Source of the DNA: Thermoanaerobaculia bacterium
GTDB taxonomy: Bacteria > Acidobacteriota > Thermoanaerobaculia > Multivoradales > Multivoraceae
DNA: 64,000 nt
Reading direction: 5' to 3'
Assembly: GCA_963664405.1 (NCBI GenBank)
Contig: OY761158.1
Location: 3,072,001 to 3,136,000 of the forward strand
A program made the translations under genes and the position numbers. The notes under the pieces were generated by a model. It did no database searches and was not told where the DNA came from. It saw only the letters and a list, made by a program, of their open reading frames with translations. Position 1 is the first letter of the stretch. Every line of letters starts with the position of its first letter. Below are positions 48,458-58,007 of the stretch, piece by piece.

Positions 48458-49483
48458 CTAGCCGAGACCGCGGACTCGAGGCAGGACCTCTTCGTGGATC
48501 ACTGCGCTCACCTCTGCCAGTACCGAAGAATCGACCCCGCGGGAGCCGCTGAGTACGACGATGCGATCGAGCTCCACGGTCTCGAGCAGGGTGCCGAGGC
48601 GGTCGACGCATTGCTCGGCAGTTCCGACGATGGCGAAGCGATCGAGAAAAGCTTCGTCGATGTGCTCGAGATGGGAGCCGGTGGAGTCACCGTGGCGGGC
48701 GAGATCGTAGCTGCGAGTAAGCGAGGCCACCACCTCGCGGTCGTCGCTGCCGAGCTGATCTAGTGCCCGTCCACTCATGCCGGAAAAGTGGGCGAGCGAG
48801 CCAACGCCCCCGATTACCGCCCGCCGTGCGATGGCGGGGTCGGGATGAGCGGCGATATTGAGGTAGGCCCCGACTCTCAGGCTGTCTGCATCGCCGCCGG
48901 CCTCCTCCCGTGCCCGGCGCGCGCGCTGAGCTCCGGCCCGGAGCCGCTCGGCATCGGCACCGACCGCGAAGGTGACCATGTCGGCGAGGCGCCCCGCCAA
49001 CTCGGTGACCCTCGGACCGGTGGCTGCGACGTCGATAGGCACCTTGGCGACGTCTCCGGCGGCGATCCAACGGATCGGTGCGGAGTGGCCGTTTTGTACC
49101 ACCTCCTCGCCGCGCAGATAGGCTTGGACCTGCTGCACGTAGCGCTCCAGTTGCGCTACGGGGGCAGGCTCGAGCCCGAGGTTGCCGAGCGACGAGTCGC
49201 CACGGCCGATGCCGAGGACGGCGCGCCCCTTGCTCTCCACTTGGATGGTGGCGATTGCACTGGCGGTTACTGCTGGGTTGCGCGTCGTGGGGTTGGTCAC
49301 TCCGGTCCCCAGCTTGATGCGCTCGGTCACCGCGGCAGCCAGGGCGAGGGCGGCGTAGCAGTCGCCATTGAAGTTCTGGCTGTCGGTGAAGAGGAGTCCG
49401 TCCCAGCCTTGGGCTTCGGCGCGCCGCGCGCTTCGGCGGGGAGTGCCTGGCACGGGGTAGGAGAGGGTCCAGAACTCAGTCAT
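48458..49483 (-). CDS. LLM-class flavin-dependent oxidoreductase
   Basis: DSQN, LGTGVTNP.TR.PAVTA, LGIGRGDS, AATGPR. Confidence 0.9.
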   Translation of the reverse strand: MTEFWTLSYPVPGTPRRSARRAEAQGWDGLLFTDSQNFNGDCYAALALAAAVTERIKLGTGVTNPTTRNPAVTASAIATIQVESKGRAVLGIGRGDSSLGNLGLEPAPVAQLERYVQQVQAYLRGEEVVQNGHSAPIRWIAAGDVAKVPIDVAATGPRVTELAGRLADMVTFAVGADAERLRAGAQRARRAREEAGGDADSLRVGAYLNIAAHPDPAIARRAVIGGVGSLAHFSGMSGRALDQLGSDDREVVASLTRSYDLARHGDSTGSHLEHIDEAFLDRFAIVGTAEQCVDRLGTLLETVELDRIVVLSGSRGVDSSVLAEVSAVIHEEVLPRVRGLG

Positions 49484-51209
49484 CGGATGCCGGGTCGCCG
49501 GGTTTCGGGAACTGCGAGAAGAGGCCGTAGAAGTCGAGAGTATGCTGCAGTCGCTCTGGGGCGACAGAGCAGTCCACCACCGCCGGCTGGCCGGCCGTAT
49601 TGGCCTCGAGGGCGCGCTCGAGGGCGCCTCGGACCTCGGCCGGATCCGAGACCGCCTCGCCGTGGCAGCCGCAGGCCTCGGCCAGCTTGGCGAAGTCGGG
49701 CTGGAACTCGAAGTCTGTGGCGAGGAAACGTCCGCCGAAGACCCGCTCCTGGCCGTCGCGGATCGAACCCAGCGCTCGGTCGTTCAGAATGATCCAGGTC
49801 ACCGGAAGCCGGTGCTCTACCGCGGTCGGCAGGATCGGCATCACCATCTGGAACGACCCGTCGCCGACGAAGCCGAGCGCCGGCCGGTCGGGATAGACGA
49901 GCTTGGCGGCCGGCAGCGCGGCGCTTGGAAAGCCCATGCCGTAGTAGCTCGAGCAGACCATGACAGATCGGGGCTCGTAGACCCTGAAGAAGGGAAACAC
50001 GGTCATCTGCTGCGCCAGAAACCCGGTGTCGAACGCGACCGTCGATTGGCGCGGAAAGACCTCGCGTGCCGCGCGCACCACTGTCAGGGGATGCATCGGC
50101 TGGGCGCTTGATGCTGCGGTCTCGTCCGCGGCGCGCTCGATCTCGGCGACCTCTTTCGCGATCGCGACGACGCGGCGATGGCCCGCCAGCTCGGACACTC
50201 CGCGACCCGACGCCTTCACGCACCGGCTCAGCTCGGCGAGGACGAGCCGGACGTCGCCGACGATGCCGATCTTCGGCACCACGCTGCGGCCGATCTCGGA
50301 GCCGTCGGTATCCACCTGGATGTAGGTCGCCTCCGGCGCCGGCACGAAGCCGGGGAGCCAGTTGGTCTCCATCTCCTCGAAGCGGGTGCCGAGCCCGAGC
50401 ACGCAATCAGCCTCGGGCAGGAGGCGCTTGGTGAGCGTGCGATTCGAGCCGATCCCTCCGGCCGCCAGTGGGTGATCGTCGGGAAGGACCGAGCGTCCGG
50501 CCAGCGTGGTCGACACCGGGATGGCGAGGAGCTCGGCGAAGTCGCGCAGCTCGTCGAAGGCTCCTGAGGCAAGGGCGCCGCCGCCGGCGACGATGAGCGG
50601 GCGCTCCGCCTTTGTCAGCGCCTCGGCGGCCGCCGCGATGGCTTCCGGGTCGCCCTGCGGCGGAGCGGGTCTGCCGACCGGCCTGTAAGCGCCGAAGGAG
50701 ACCGTCTCGGGAAGAAAGTCGCGGGGAATGTCGACGAACACCGGACCGGGCTTGCCGGAGCGGGCGACCGTGAAGGCCTGCCGCACGATATCGACGATCG
50801 AGTCGGCCCGCGGCACCCGCACCGACCACTTGGTGATGCTCTCGAAGAGGCGGGTGGTTTCGATCTCCTGGGCGGCGCCTTTGTGGACGGTGTCGGTGCT
50901 CGCCCGCCCCGCGATGACGATCACCGGCAGCGAGCCGACATAGGCCTCGGCGATTGCGGTCACCAGATTGGTGGTGCCCGGTCCGGCTGTCACCGTACAG
51001 ATGCCCGGCTCGCCGGTGAGCTGCGCGTAGCCGGAGGCGAGACTGGCGGCGCATTGCTCGTGACGCGCCAGGACGTGCTCGATGGTCGGCGATTCAAAGA
51101 TCGCGTCGTAGACGGCCAGGATGTGTCCGCCCGGCAGTCCGAAGATCTTGGTGACGCCCTCGGCTTCGAGAACCTTGACGATGGCCTGTCCGGCTGTCAT
51201 TTCTTCCAT
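49476..51209 (-). CDS. TPP-dependent enzyme, acetolactate synthase-like
   Basis: FGLPGG, RHEQ, GPGTTN, GDGSFQM..LND. Starts MEEMT. Confidence 0.9.
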   Translation of the reverse strand: MEEMTAGQAIVKVLEAEGVTKIFGLPGGHILAVYDAIFESPTIEHVLARHEQCAASLASGYAQLTGEPGICTVTAGPGTTNLVTAIAEAYVGSLPVIVIAGRASTDTVHKGAAQEIETTRLFESITKWSVRVPRADSIVDIVRQAFTVARSGKPGPVFVDIPRDFLPETVSFGAYRPVGRPAPPQGDPEAIAAAAEALTKAERPLIVAGGGALASGAFDELRDFAELLAIPVSTTLAGRSVLPDDHPLAAGGIGSNRTLTKRLLPEADCVLGLGTRFEEMETNWLPGFVPAPEATYIQVDTDGSEIGRSVVPKIGIVGDVRLVLAELSRCVKASGRGVSELAGHRRVVAIAKEVAEIERAADETAASSAQPMHPLTVVRAAREVFPRQSTVAFDTGFLAQQMTVFPFFRVYEPRSVMVCSSYYGMGFPSAALPAAKLVYPDRPALGFVGDGSFQMVMPILPTAVEHRLPVTWIILNDRALGSIRDGQERVFGGRFLATDFEFQPDFAKLAEACGCHGEAVSDPAEVRGALERALEANTAGQPAVVDCSVAPERLQHTLDFYGLFSQFPKPGDPASDD

Positions 51210-51291
51210 TCGTTCACCCCTCGATCTGCCTTGGGTCGAGTCTACCGCGCGGCCGCTGTTAGACTTCACGCCTTTGACGAAAGGAGGGACC

Positions 51292-52113
51292 ATGCGCCTC
51301 GAGGGAAAGACGGCGGTGGTGACGGGTGGCGCGCGCGGCATCGGGGCGGCGATCGCCCGCTGCCTCGCAGAGGAGGGCGCCAGCGTGGCGATCCTCGATC
51401 TCGACGTGGAGACGGCCAGGGCGACCGCGAGCGATCTGGGCCGCGGGTCGATCGGCCTCTCCGCCGATGCCGCCGACGCCTCTTCGATGACAGATGCCAT
51501 GAGCCGCGTGGTGGACGAGCTCGGCGGGCTCGACGTCATGGTGAACAACGCCGGCATAGGGCGCGGCGACGATGACCTGCCCGACGTGCGCCAGGTGCCG
51601 CCCTTCACGAATCTCGATGAGGCGAGCTGGGAGGACACCGTTCGCAACAACCTCACGCCCGCGTTCGCCGGATCGAGGGCTGCGATTCCGTACCTCGAGG
51701 CGCGCGGCGGCGCGATCGTGAACATCGCGTCGATCGCAGGCGTTCTGCCGACGCCTGGCCTCCCGGCGTATGGAGCGGCCAAGGCCGGCGTCATCCATCT
51801 CACCCGCACCCTTGCGCTCGAGCTCGCCCCCAAGAAGATCCGCGTCAACGCGATCTGCCCTGGCCTGGTCTGGACCCGATCGTGGGAGCGTCTCGCCACC
51901 TTCTTCCGCGACTCGACGCCGGAGCTTCACGGGCTCGAGCCGCGGCAGGTGTTCCTGCAGCGCGTGGCCGCGCAGGTCCCCATGGGCCTCGAGCAGACGC
52001 CCGAGCAGATAGGACGGCTCGCCGCGTTCCTCGCGAGCGCCGACGCGGCCACCATCACCGGCCAGGCGATCAGCGTCGACGGCGGCATCCAACTCGCCCG
52101 GCCCGAGGTGTAA
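51292..52113 (+). CDS. Short-chain dehydrogenase/reductase
   Basis: TGGARGIG, NNAG, YGAAK, ITGQ.ISVDGG. Confidence 0.93.
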   Translation: MRLEGKTAVVTGGARGIGAAIARCLAEEGASVAILDLDVETARATASDLGRGSIGLSADAADASSMTDAMSRVVDELGGLDVMVNNAGIGRGDDDLPDVRQVPPFTNLDEASWEDTVRNNLTPAFAGSRAAIPYLEARGGAIVNIASIAGVLPTPGLPAYGAAKAGVIHLTRTLALELAPKKIRVNAICPGLVWTRSWERLATFFRDSTPELHGLEPRQVFLQRVAAQVPMGLEQTPEQIGRLAAFLASADAATITGQAISVDGGIQLARPEV

Positions 52114-52133
52114 TCGCAGCCCCGGCCAAGCAC

Positions 52134-52934
52134 TCAGTCATCGGGTCCTCCCTCGGTCACTTGGTTCACGAAGTCGCGCATGGCTGCGAGCACGACCTGC
52201 CGCTTTTCTACGTGAGGTGCGTGGCCGCAGTCGGCGAGGATGAGTTTCTCGGTGGGCGCGCCGGCATTCGTGGTGATCGAATTCACCTGGGCCATGGTGC
52301 CATAGGGGTCGTCGCGGCCCTGAATGACCAACAGGGGTGTGCGGATCTTCGGCAGCAACGCTTCGAGGTTCCAGCTCTCGAAGTCTGGGTCCAGCCATAC
52401 CCTGTTCCACCCCCAGAAGGCGCAGTCGACGTTGTCGCCGTGATAGTGCGCCAGGCGGCGGCGAAGCTCTCCCTGCTCGTAGGCCTCGGCGGCCGCGTGA
52501 ATGCTCTCGAGTGAGATCGGCTCGACAAAGACATGAGGAGCCTCTGTGATGAGGCCTCGCAGAAGTACTCGGCAATCGCCCGAGGCGTAAATGAGGGCGA
52601 TCGAGCCACCGTCACTGTGACCAACCAGCACTGCCTGGCGGATTCCGCTGGCCTCGAGCAGCGCGGGAAGAGTCTCGCGAGCTTCGTCGTGCATGAAGCT
52701 CACCGGCCGCGGAAGAGGTGCGGGGTCGGAGAGGCCGTAGCCGAGGCGGCTGTAGACCAGGGCTCCCAGGCCCGTTACCCGCGCGAGCTCGTCGGGGAAG
52801 TCCTTCCACAACGAGACACTGCCCAGGCCCTCGTGAAGGAAGACCAGGGTGCAACCGGAGTTTGGGCCTGGGCCGATCCAGCGGTACTCGAGACGTTGCC
52901 CGTCGATCTCGAGATAATCGATGCAGGGTCTCAT
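52134..52934 (-). CDS. Alpha/beta hydrolase
   Basis: LHEGLGS, GHSDGGSIA, QG..D.YGT, CGH.PH. Confidence 0.92.
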   Translation of the reverse strand: MRPCIDYLEIDGQRLEYRWIGPGPNSGCTLVFLHEGLGSVSLWKDFPDELARVTGLGALVYSRLGYGLSDPAPLPRPVSFMHDEARETLPALLEASGIRQAVLVGHSDGGSIALIYASGDCRVLLRGLITEAPHVFVEPISLESIHAAAEAYEQGELRRRLAHYHGDNVDCAFWGWNRVWLDPDFESWNLEALLPKIRTPLLVIQGRDDPYGTMAQVNSITTNAGAPTEKLILADCGHAPHVEKRQVVLAAMRDFVNQVTEGGPDD

Positions 52935-53016
52935 GTAGGCTGGCTCGAAGCCTGGGAGGCAGTCCGAGTCCTCGGACTGCCGACCGAGCCGGCGCCGAAG
53001 GCGCCTTGGCGGGAGC

Positions 53017-55269
53017 TCACTTGAAGACGTCGAAGAGGTAGCTGTACTTGACGGTCAAGCTACGATCGGCGCGGGCGAGGAATGCGTCCATGCCGAATTC
53101 GTCGATCTCGTTGTAGACGATGAAGAGGCCGGTATTGGCCTCCTGCAGCCAGCTGAAGCGAAGGTTGGTCGACACCTGGTCGCTGACGTCGTTGTACTGG
53201 GTGAGGAGCTGTACCAGCAACCTGGGGGTGGGAGCGTAGGACAGACGGAGTCGCCCCAGGTTGACGTCGAAGTCGCCCCACGGGAGGTTGATGCTGTTGT
53301 GATCCCAGGTGATCTCAGAGGTGAGGCGCTCGCTTTGACGCAGGCTCAGGGTATTCCGGATCGAGGCCTGGTCGCCGCCGAAGAAACCGCCGATCCGGAC
53401 GATCGCGCTTTCGCTCACTCGCTTGCCGGGATCGGTACTGAAAAAGAGGAAGAGCTCCGATTCCTCGTAGGTACCGGGAGGGACAATGACGCCTTCCGAG
53501 ATCTCGAAGGCTTCCTTGACGCCCTCGGTGCTCAGGTTTATCGCGGTGGAGAGCGAAGTGCCGTTTCGCCACTCTGTGGAGTTGTCGATGTGAATGCGCT
53601 CCGACTCCAAGAAGCCGTCGAAGTCCCAATAACCTTCGTAAGAGGCATGCGGCCGAAGCTCCTGGATGCCCCATTTGTCCTTCGGTCGCACCCGTCGCGC
53701 AATTCGTCCGGAAGGCTTGCGGAAACCTTCGCGTTGGAGAAAGCCCACCTCCGGGTTGAAGCCTTCGCCGACCTCCAGATAGTCGATATTGCTGCTCCAG
53801 AGCGGTCTGCCCAAGGTCCAGGACAGCTCGTAGCCGTGGTCGTCGCTGTCGATGCCCTCGGTGTCGGTGACCGCGGCCCAGCCCTTGAGATTCTGATACT
53901 CACCGATTCCGAGCTGGCCATCGATGCCGAGAGTGCGATTGTCGTCGTCGGGAGGCGCCAAGGAGCCGGTGCCACTGCGCCCGACGAAGATGGCGCCGAG
54001 GTTAGAGCGGTTGGGGAGCTCTCGGCTTACGCGCAGCACCGAGAAGTTGTTGGCTTGAAGATCGTCGACGTCCTCGGTCTGCATGCCGAGGATGCCGATA
54101 TTGGTGCGTCCCACCTTGCCCGAGACCCTTCCCCCGCCCAGGATCGGGATCGGCGTGCCACCTGGGCCGATGCCGATGCGCCGACTAAAGAAGAGCTCGG
54201 CTTCCCCCGAGGAGCCCACTGAGAAGAGGCCTGCATTCTCTAGAAAGAAGGGCCGCTTCTCCGGAAAAAAGAGATTGAAACGATCGAGATTGACCTGTTG
54301 CTCGTCGACTTCGACCTGGGCGAAGTCGGTGTTGTAGGTGAGGTCCAGAGTCAGGCCTGGAGTGAGGCTGTATTTGAGATCGATCCCCCACTCATCGCTG
54401 TAGTCGATGCTGTCGCCGCCCGTCCCCGGTCGGCGGCCGACGCCGAGAACGTAAGGAGTGATCTTGAGGTTGCGCTGCGCGGGGGCTTCGATCCCCTCGA
54501 GAGTGCCCGCGTCGGAGAGACGGTAAAGGTTGAACTGCTGCTCGAGCTTCGCCCAGAACGCCGTCTCCTGGCGTCGCTGGATGATGCGCTGGAAGTTTAT
54601 GCCCCAGATCTGTTCGTCCTTGGCATAGCGTAAGGTAGTGAAGGGGATAGCGAACTCGGCACTCCAGCCGTAGTCGCCGATCTCGGTCTCGACCTGCCAG
54701 GCTCCGTCCCAGTTCAGATTGAAGCCGGATGCGTTGGAGCCTCGGCGGAAGCGGCCGCTACTTCCACCTCTCCCGGACCGGCCGCTGCCGCGGGTGACGC
54801 CGCTGGCGTCGAGAACTTGTCCGTCGTACTCGATTCCGGCGGGGTTGGTGCCGAAGACGTATCCGTTCTGCTCGTCCCGAAAAGCGTCGATGATGAACTG
54901 AATGCTGTCGGTGCCAGCCAGCGAGGCGTCACGCCGATTGTCGGTGACCACGATGCGCTCGGGCTCGCGATCGAAGCAGACGACGCCGATGTAGAGGGTA
55001 TCCTCGGAGAAGCCGATCCGGATCTCGGTCTTCTCCGATGCCGGTTCGCCGGCGAAGGGCTTGATCTGCCAGAAGCCTGTCGAGGCCGGGATCTGCTGCC
55101 AGATCTCCTCGCCGAGAATGTCCCCATCCAAGACCGGAGCGTCAACTAGAGCGATGGCCTGGAGGCTGGGCCTATCGCCGTCCGCGGCGGAGGCCGGTTG
55201 TGCAACACACAATGCAACGCCGACAAGTGCCGTGGCGAGGGTGTAGGTTGAGCAGTGGGTTGAGCGCAT
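53017..55269 (-). CDS. CBM9/DUF5916 outer-membrane protein
   Basis: WSAEFAIPFTTLRY, YNTDFAQVEVD, FFPEKRPFFLE, FFSRRIG. Confidence 0.85.
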   Translation of the reverse strand: MRSTHCSTYTLATALVGVALCVAQPASAADGDRPSLQAIALVDAPVLDGDILGEEIWQQIPASTGFWQIKPFAGEPASEKTEIRIGFSEDTLYIGVVCFDREPERIVVTDNRRDASLAGTDSIQFIIDAFRDEQNGYVFGTNPAGIEYDGQVLDASGVTRGSGRSGRGGSSGRFRRGSNASGFNLNWDGAWQVETEIGDYGWSAEFAIPFTTLRYAKDEQIWGINFQRIIQRRQETAFWAKLEQQFNLYRLSDAGTLEGIEAPAQRNLKITPYVLGVGRRPGTGGDSIDYSDEWGIDLKYSLTPGLTLDLTYNTDFAQVEVDEQQVNLDRFNLFFPEKRPFFLENAGLFSVGSSGEAELFFSRRIGIGPGGTPIPILGGGRVSGKVGRTNIGILGMQTEDVDDLQANNFSVLRVSRELPNRSNLGAIFVGRSGTGSLAPPDDDNRTLGIDGQLGIGEYQNLKGWAAVTDTEGIDSDDHGYELSWTLGRPLWSSNIDYLEVGEGFNPEVGFLQREGFRKPSGRIARRVRPKDKWGIQELRPHASYEGYWDFDGFLESERIHIDNSTEWRNGTSLSTAINLSTEGVKEAFEISEGVIVPPGTYEESELFLFFSTDPGKRVSESAIVRIGGFFGGDQASIRNTLSLRQSERLTSEITWDHNSINLPWGDFDVNLGRLRLSYAPTPRLLVQLLTQYNDVSDQVSTNLRFSWLQEANTGLFIVYNEIDEFGMDAFLARADRSLTVKYSYLFDVFK

Positions 55270-55307
55270 TGGGACTGTAGCGAAGGGAGCAGTGTTCGTA
55301 GATGCTG

Positions 55308-55367
55308 ACGGTTTCGATGATCTGCCGGTTTCGATGTCTTGGCAGTTTCTGAGAGTCGCGGTTTGAC
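55308..55367. promoter_or_regulatory. Phased direct repeats between divergent genes
   Basis: GTTT cores at 55311, 55328, 55345 and 55361. The first two read CGGTTTCGATG. Confidence 0.4.
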
Positions 55368-55448
55368 CGGGAAGGATCTCTAGTTCTAGGCTGCGCTCAT
55401 GGCGGGCGCGGAGCCAGAGCGACGGAGGCTTGCCGCGGAACCCCGCAT

Positions 55449-57725
55449 ATGAGCGAATCCGCGCGCCATCGCCCCGCCCCCTCGCCGCTCGTGGCGCTCG
55501 TCGTTCTCATCCTCTTGGTATGGCTGGCGCTCTCGCTCCCGCTCGTTCTTGGCCAGAAGACTCTCTACTTTCGCGACATCTTCCACTCGCACTTTCCCTT
55601 CAAGGCTTTCGGTGCTCAAGAGCTGGCTGAGGGTCGGATCCCGGCTTTCAATCCGAGCTGGGCGCTCGGTCAGGCCTTTCGGGGAAACCCGAATACCGCG
55701 GCATTCTACCCCAGCAATCTGCTCTATCTAGTGCTTCCTTTCTGGTCGGCTTTCAATCTTCACTATTGCCTGCATTGGCTGCTTGCCGGCATCGCGATGT
55801 ATGCCCTGGCGCGTGGCCTTGCGCTGGGCCGCCATGCCGCGCTGCTGGCGGCCCTCGCCTATGCGGGCTCGGGCTGGATGCTCTCGGTGATGACCTTTTA
55901 CAACATCCTCACCGTGGTTGCGTGGTGGCCGCTGGCGATGCTTGGCGTGGTGCGTGGCTCATCTCGTGGGGTCGCACTCGCCGCGATCGCGATGGGGATG
56001 GCGCTTCTGGGTGGTGAGCCGGTGACAGCGGGGTTGGGGCTCGTCCCTGCTCTCGCCCTGGCCGTGCGCAGTCACGGTCTCAGGCGTGGGCTCCTTACAG
56101 TCGCCGCGGCCGGTTGTGGCGCCGTCCTGGTCGCACTGCCTCAGCTCGTCGCCACCTCGAGGGTTGTCGGTTTCTCCTTTCGCGGCGCCCACGGCATCCT
56201 CGCCAGCCAGGCCAACTACTACTCCTTGGAGTTGAAGCGGCTCTTGGAGTTGTTTCTCCCCTTTCCCTTCGGTACCCCCGGCAGCTACGGCCCGTCAGGA
56301 TTGAGCGAGACCGCGGCGCTCGATCATCTACCTTTCTATTACTCCCTCTACCCTGGGCTCATAGCCGCCCTGCTGGCTGCAGCCGCTTGCCGCAAGCGCC
56401 CGCTGCTGGCGACGACGGCCGGTCTCGGTCTCTTCCTGGCCTGGTTCGGCGGACTGTCCTCAGAAGGTCTGCTCGCAATCTCGGGAGGGTTCTTCCGCTC
56501 CCCGGAGAAGCTTCTCTTCTGGCCGGCGCTGGCGATTCCGCTGTTGGCGGGCTTCGGACTCGAGTCGGCGCTCGAGGAGAAAGAGCGGCGCGGGTCGAGT
56601 CTCCTACTGGTTTTGGCAGCCGGGCTGGTTGTCGCCACCGTGGTTCTCGGAGTGGTCGGCGGCGAAGCGCTGCTCAGCTTGATCGGGGGCGAAGGACGCA
56701 GCGTCGCCGGCGTTGGCGCTGAGCTCGAGGCTTCCTGGCTCAGGGCGCTGCTGGTAGGAGGGCTTCTTCTCATCGGTGCCGCCTTTGCGCTCAGAAGGAG
56801 GAGCGCCTCGGCGCTCGTCGCTCTCGAGATCGTTGCGCTTCTTCAGCTTGCGCCGCTGTGGATGACCGATGAGGTAGCGCCGTTTCGCGATCCGCCATGG
56901 CTGGAGCGCGTCGAGGCGGGGACGGCAGTGGTCCCGGCGCGCATGGCCTACCCTCCATGGCGTCTGGGGGGTGTGAATCCGACCTTTCCACCGGGTCCCC
57001 ATGCTCCTCACGATCGATTTCAGGCTCTCGAGCTTGCGCCGGCCCCCGGCGTTCAGCACGGTTTGCGCTACCCGCTCGCGCCCGACCTCGAGGGCATGCA
57101 CCATCTCTTTTACAACCTACTCACGGTTCGCATAGCAGACGCCTCCTGGCAGGAGAGGGCGCGTTGGTTTCAGGTGCTCGGAGTCGGTATCGTTGTCTCT
57201 CCCGAGCCTGTCGACAGCGCTTCGTTGGAGCTCGAGGGCAGCCTGAGCGCCTACGAGGCTCAATCTTTCTTGTATCGGGTCCTACAGCCGGCACCGGCAG
57301 TGTGGTGGCCGGACACGGTCACAGCTGCCTCCAGTCCGGCAGACGCCTTCGCCCGGGTAGCGTCGTCGGCGCCCGGCAGCCTGCCTGGGGTCATACCCCA
57401 ACCTCTCGATCACACTCCTGGCGGGCGAGTCGAGCTGCTGGTGAGCGAGCCCGATCGCATCGAGCTCGAGGTCGACAGCGCTGGAGGCCTGGTCGTGGTC
57501 CAGCGCTCCTTTCAGCCGCTCTTTCGGGCCCGTATCGATTCGACCGCCATCCCTACCCTGCCCGCCAACCTCAGTCTGCTTGGAGTGGTCGTACCTCAGG
57601 GCCGACACCGGGTGGTCATCGAGGCGGGTTGGGCGCCGGAAGGAATTGCAGGCGCGGTGGCGATCATCGCCCTGATCTCGTTGACCCTGCTGGCGACGCG
57701 CAAAGATCCTAGCCAGAGAAAATGA
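55449..57725 (+). CDS. YfhO-like membrane protein (GT-C)
   Basis: LYFRD, P..NP...GQ.F..NPN...FYP, many TM helices, and a C-terminal AN..L.GV.VP.G.H.V. Confidence 0.8.
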   Translation: MSESARHRPAPSPLVALVVLILLVWLALSLPLVLGQKTLYFRDIFHSHFPFKAFGAQELAEGRIPAFNPSWALGQAFRGNPNTAAFYPSNLLYLVLPFWSAFNLHYCLHWLLAGIAMYALARGLALGRHAALLAALAYAGSGWMLSVMTFYNILTVVAWWPLAMLGVVRGSSRGVALAAIAMGMALLGGEPVTAGLGLVPALALAVRSHGLRRGLLTVAAAGCGAVLVALPQLVATSRVVGFSFRGAHGILASQANYYSLELKRLLELFLPFPFGTPGSYGPSGLSETAALDHLPFYYSLYPGLIAALLAAAACRKRPLLATTAGLGLFLAWFGGLSSEGLLAISGGFFRSPEKLLFWPALAIPLLAGFGLESALEEKERRGSSLLLVLAAGLVVATVVLGVVGGEALLSLIGGEGRSVAGVGAELEASWLRALLVGGLLLIGAAFALRRRSASALVALEIVALLQLAPLWMTDEVAPFRDPPWLERVEAGTAVVPARMAYPPWRLGGVNPTFPPGPHAPHDRFQALELAPAPGVQHGLRYPLAPDLEGMHHLFYNLLTVRIADASWQERARWFQVLGVGIVVSPEPVDSASLELEGSLSAYEAQSFLYRVLQPAPAVWWPDTVTAASSPADAFARVASSAPGSLPGVIPQPLDHTPGGRVELLVSEPDRIELEVDSAGGLVVVQRSFQPLFRARIDSTAIPTLPANLSLLGVVVPQGRHRVVIEAGWAPEGIAGAVAIIALISLTLLATRKDPSQRK

Positions 57726-57852
57726 TGACTATCATTTCCCCCGGCTAGGCGCCCCCGGCTAGTTGCTCATGGCGCCGAGGACGGCGCTCGCTTCCGGAAG
57801 TGATGGGTATCACTTCCTACGGCTCGTTGCTGTCTGGCGCCGAGGACGGCGC
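57718..57852. repeat. BIME/REP-like doublet
   Basis: Two units, each a hairpin (AAATGAT-N4-ATCATTT or GGAAGTGAT-N4-ATCACTTCC) followed by TGGCGCCGAGGACGGCGC. Confidence 0.7.
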
Positions 57853-58007
57853 ACTCGGGCCTTGCTTCCTATTCGCTTCGGGCAGCGTTGTCGTTTTCTG
57901 CCGCGCAGACTCCTAGCCTGAAAAATCTCCTCTCTGCTATCGTTCTGAAGCTCTCCTGGAAGTAGAGGTCCGAGCAGCCCGAGGGGCCGCTCGAGGAGGA
58001 TCCACCG

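Noticed and set aside
49476-51899. 807-aa ORF as an extended TPP enzyme
   Set aside because: The N-terminal extension is antisense to the SDR at 51292-52113.
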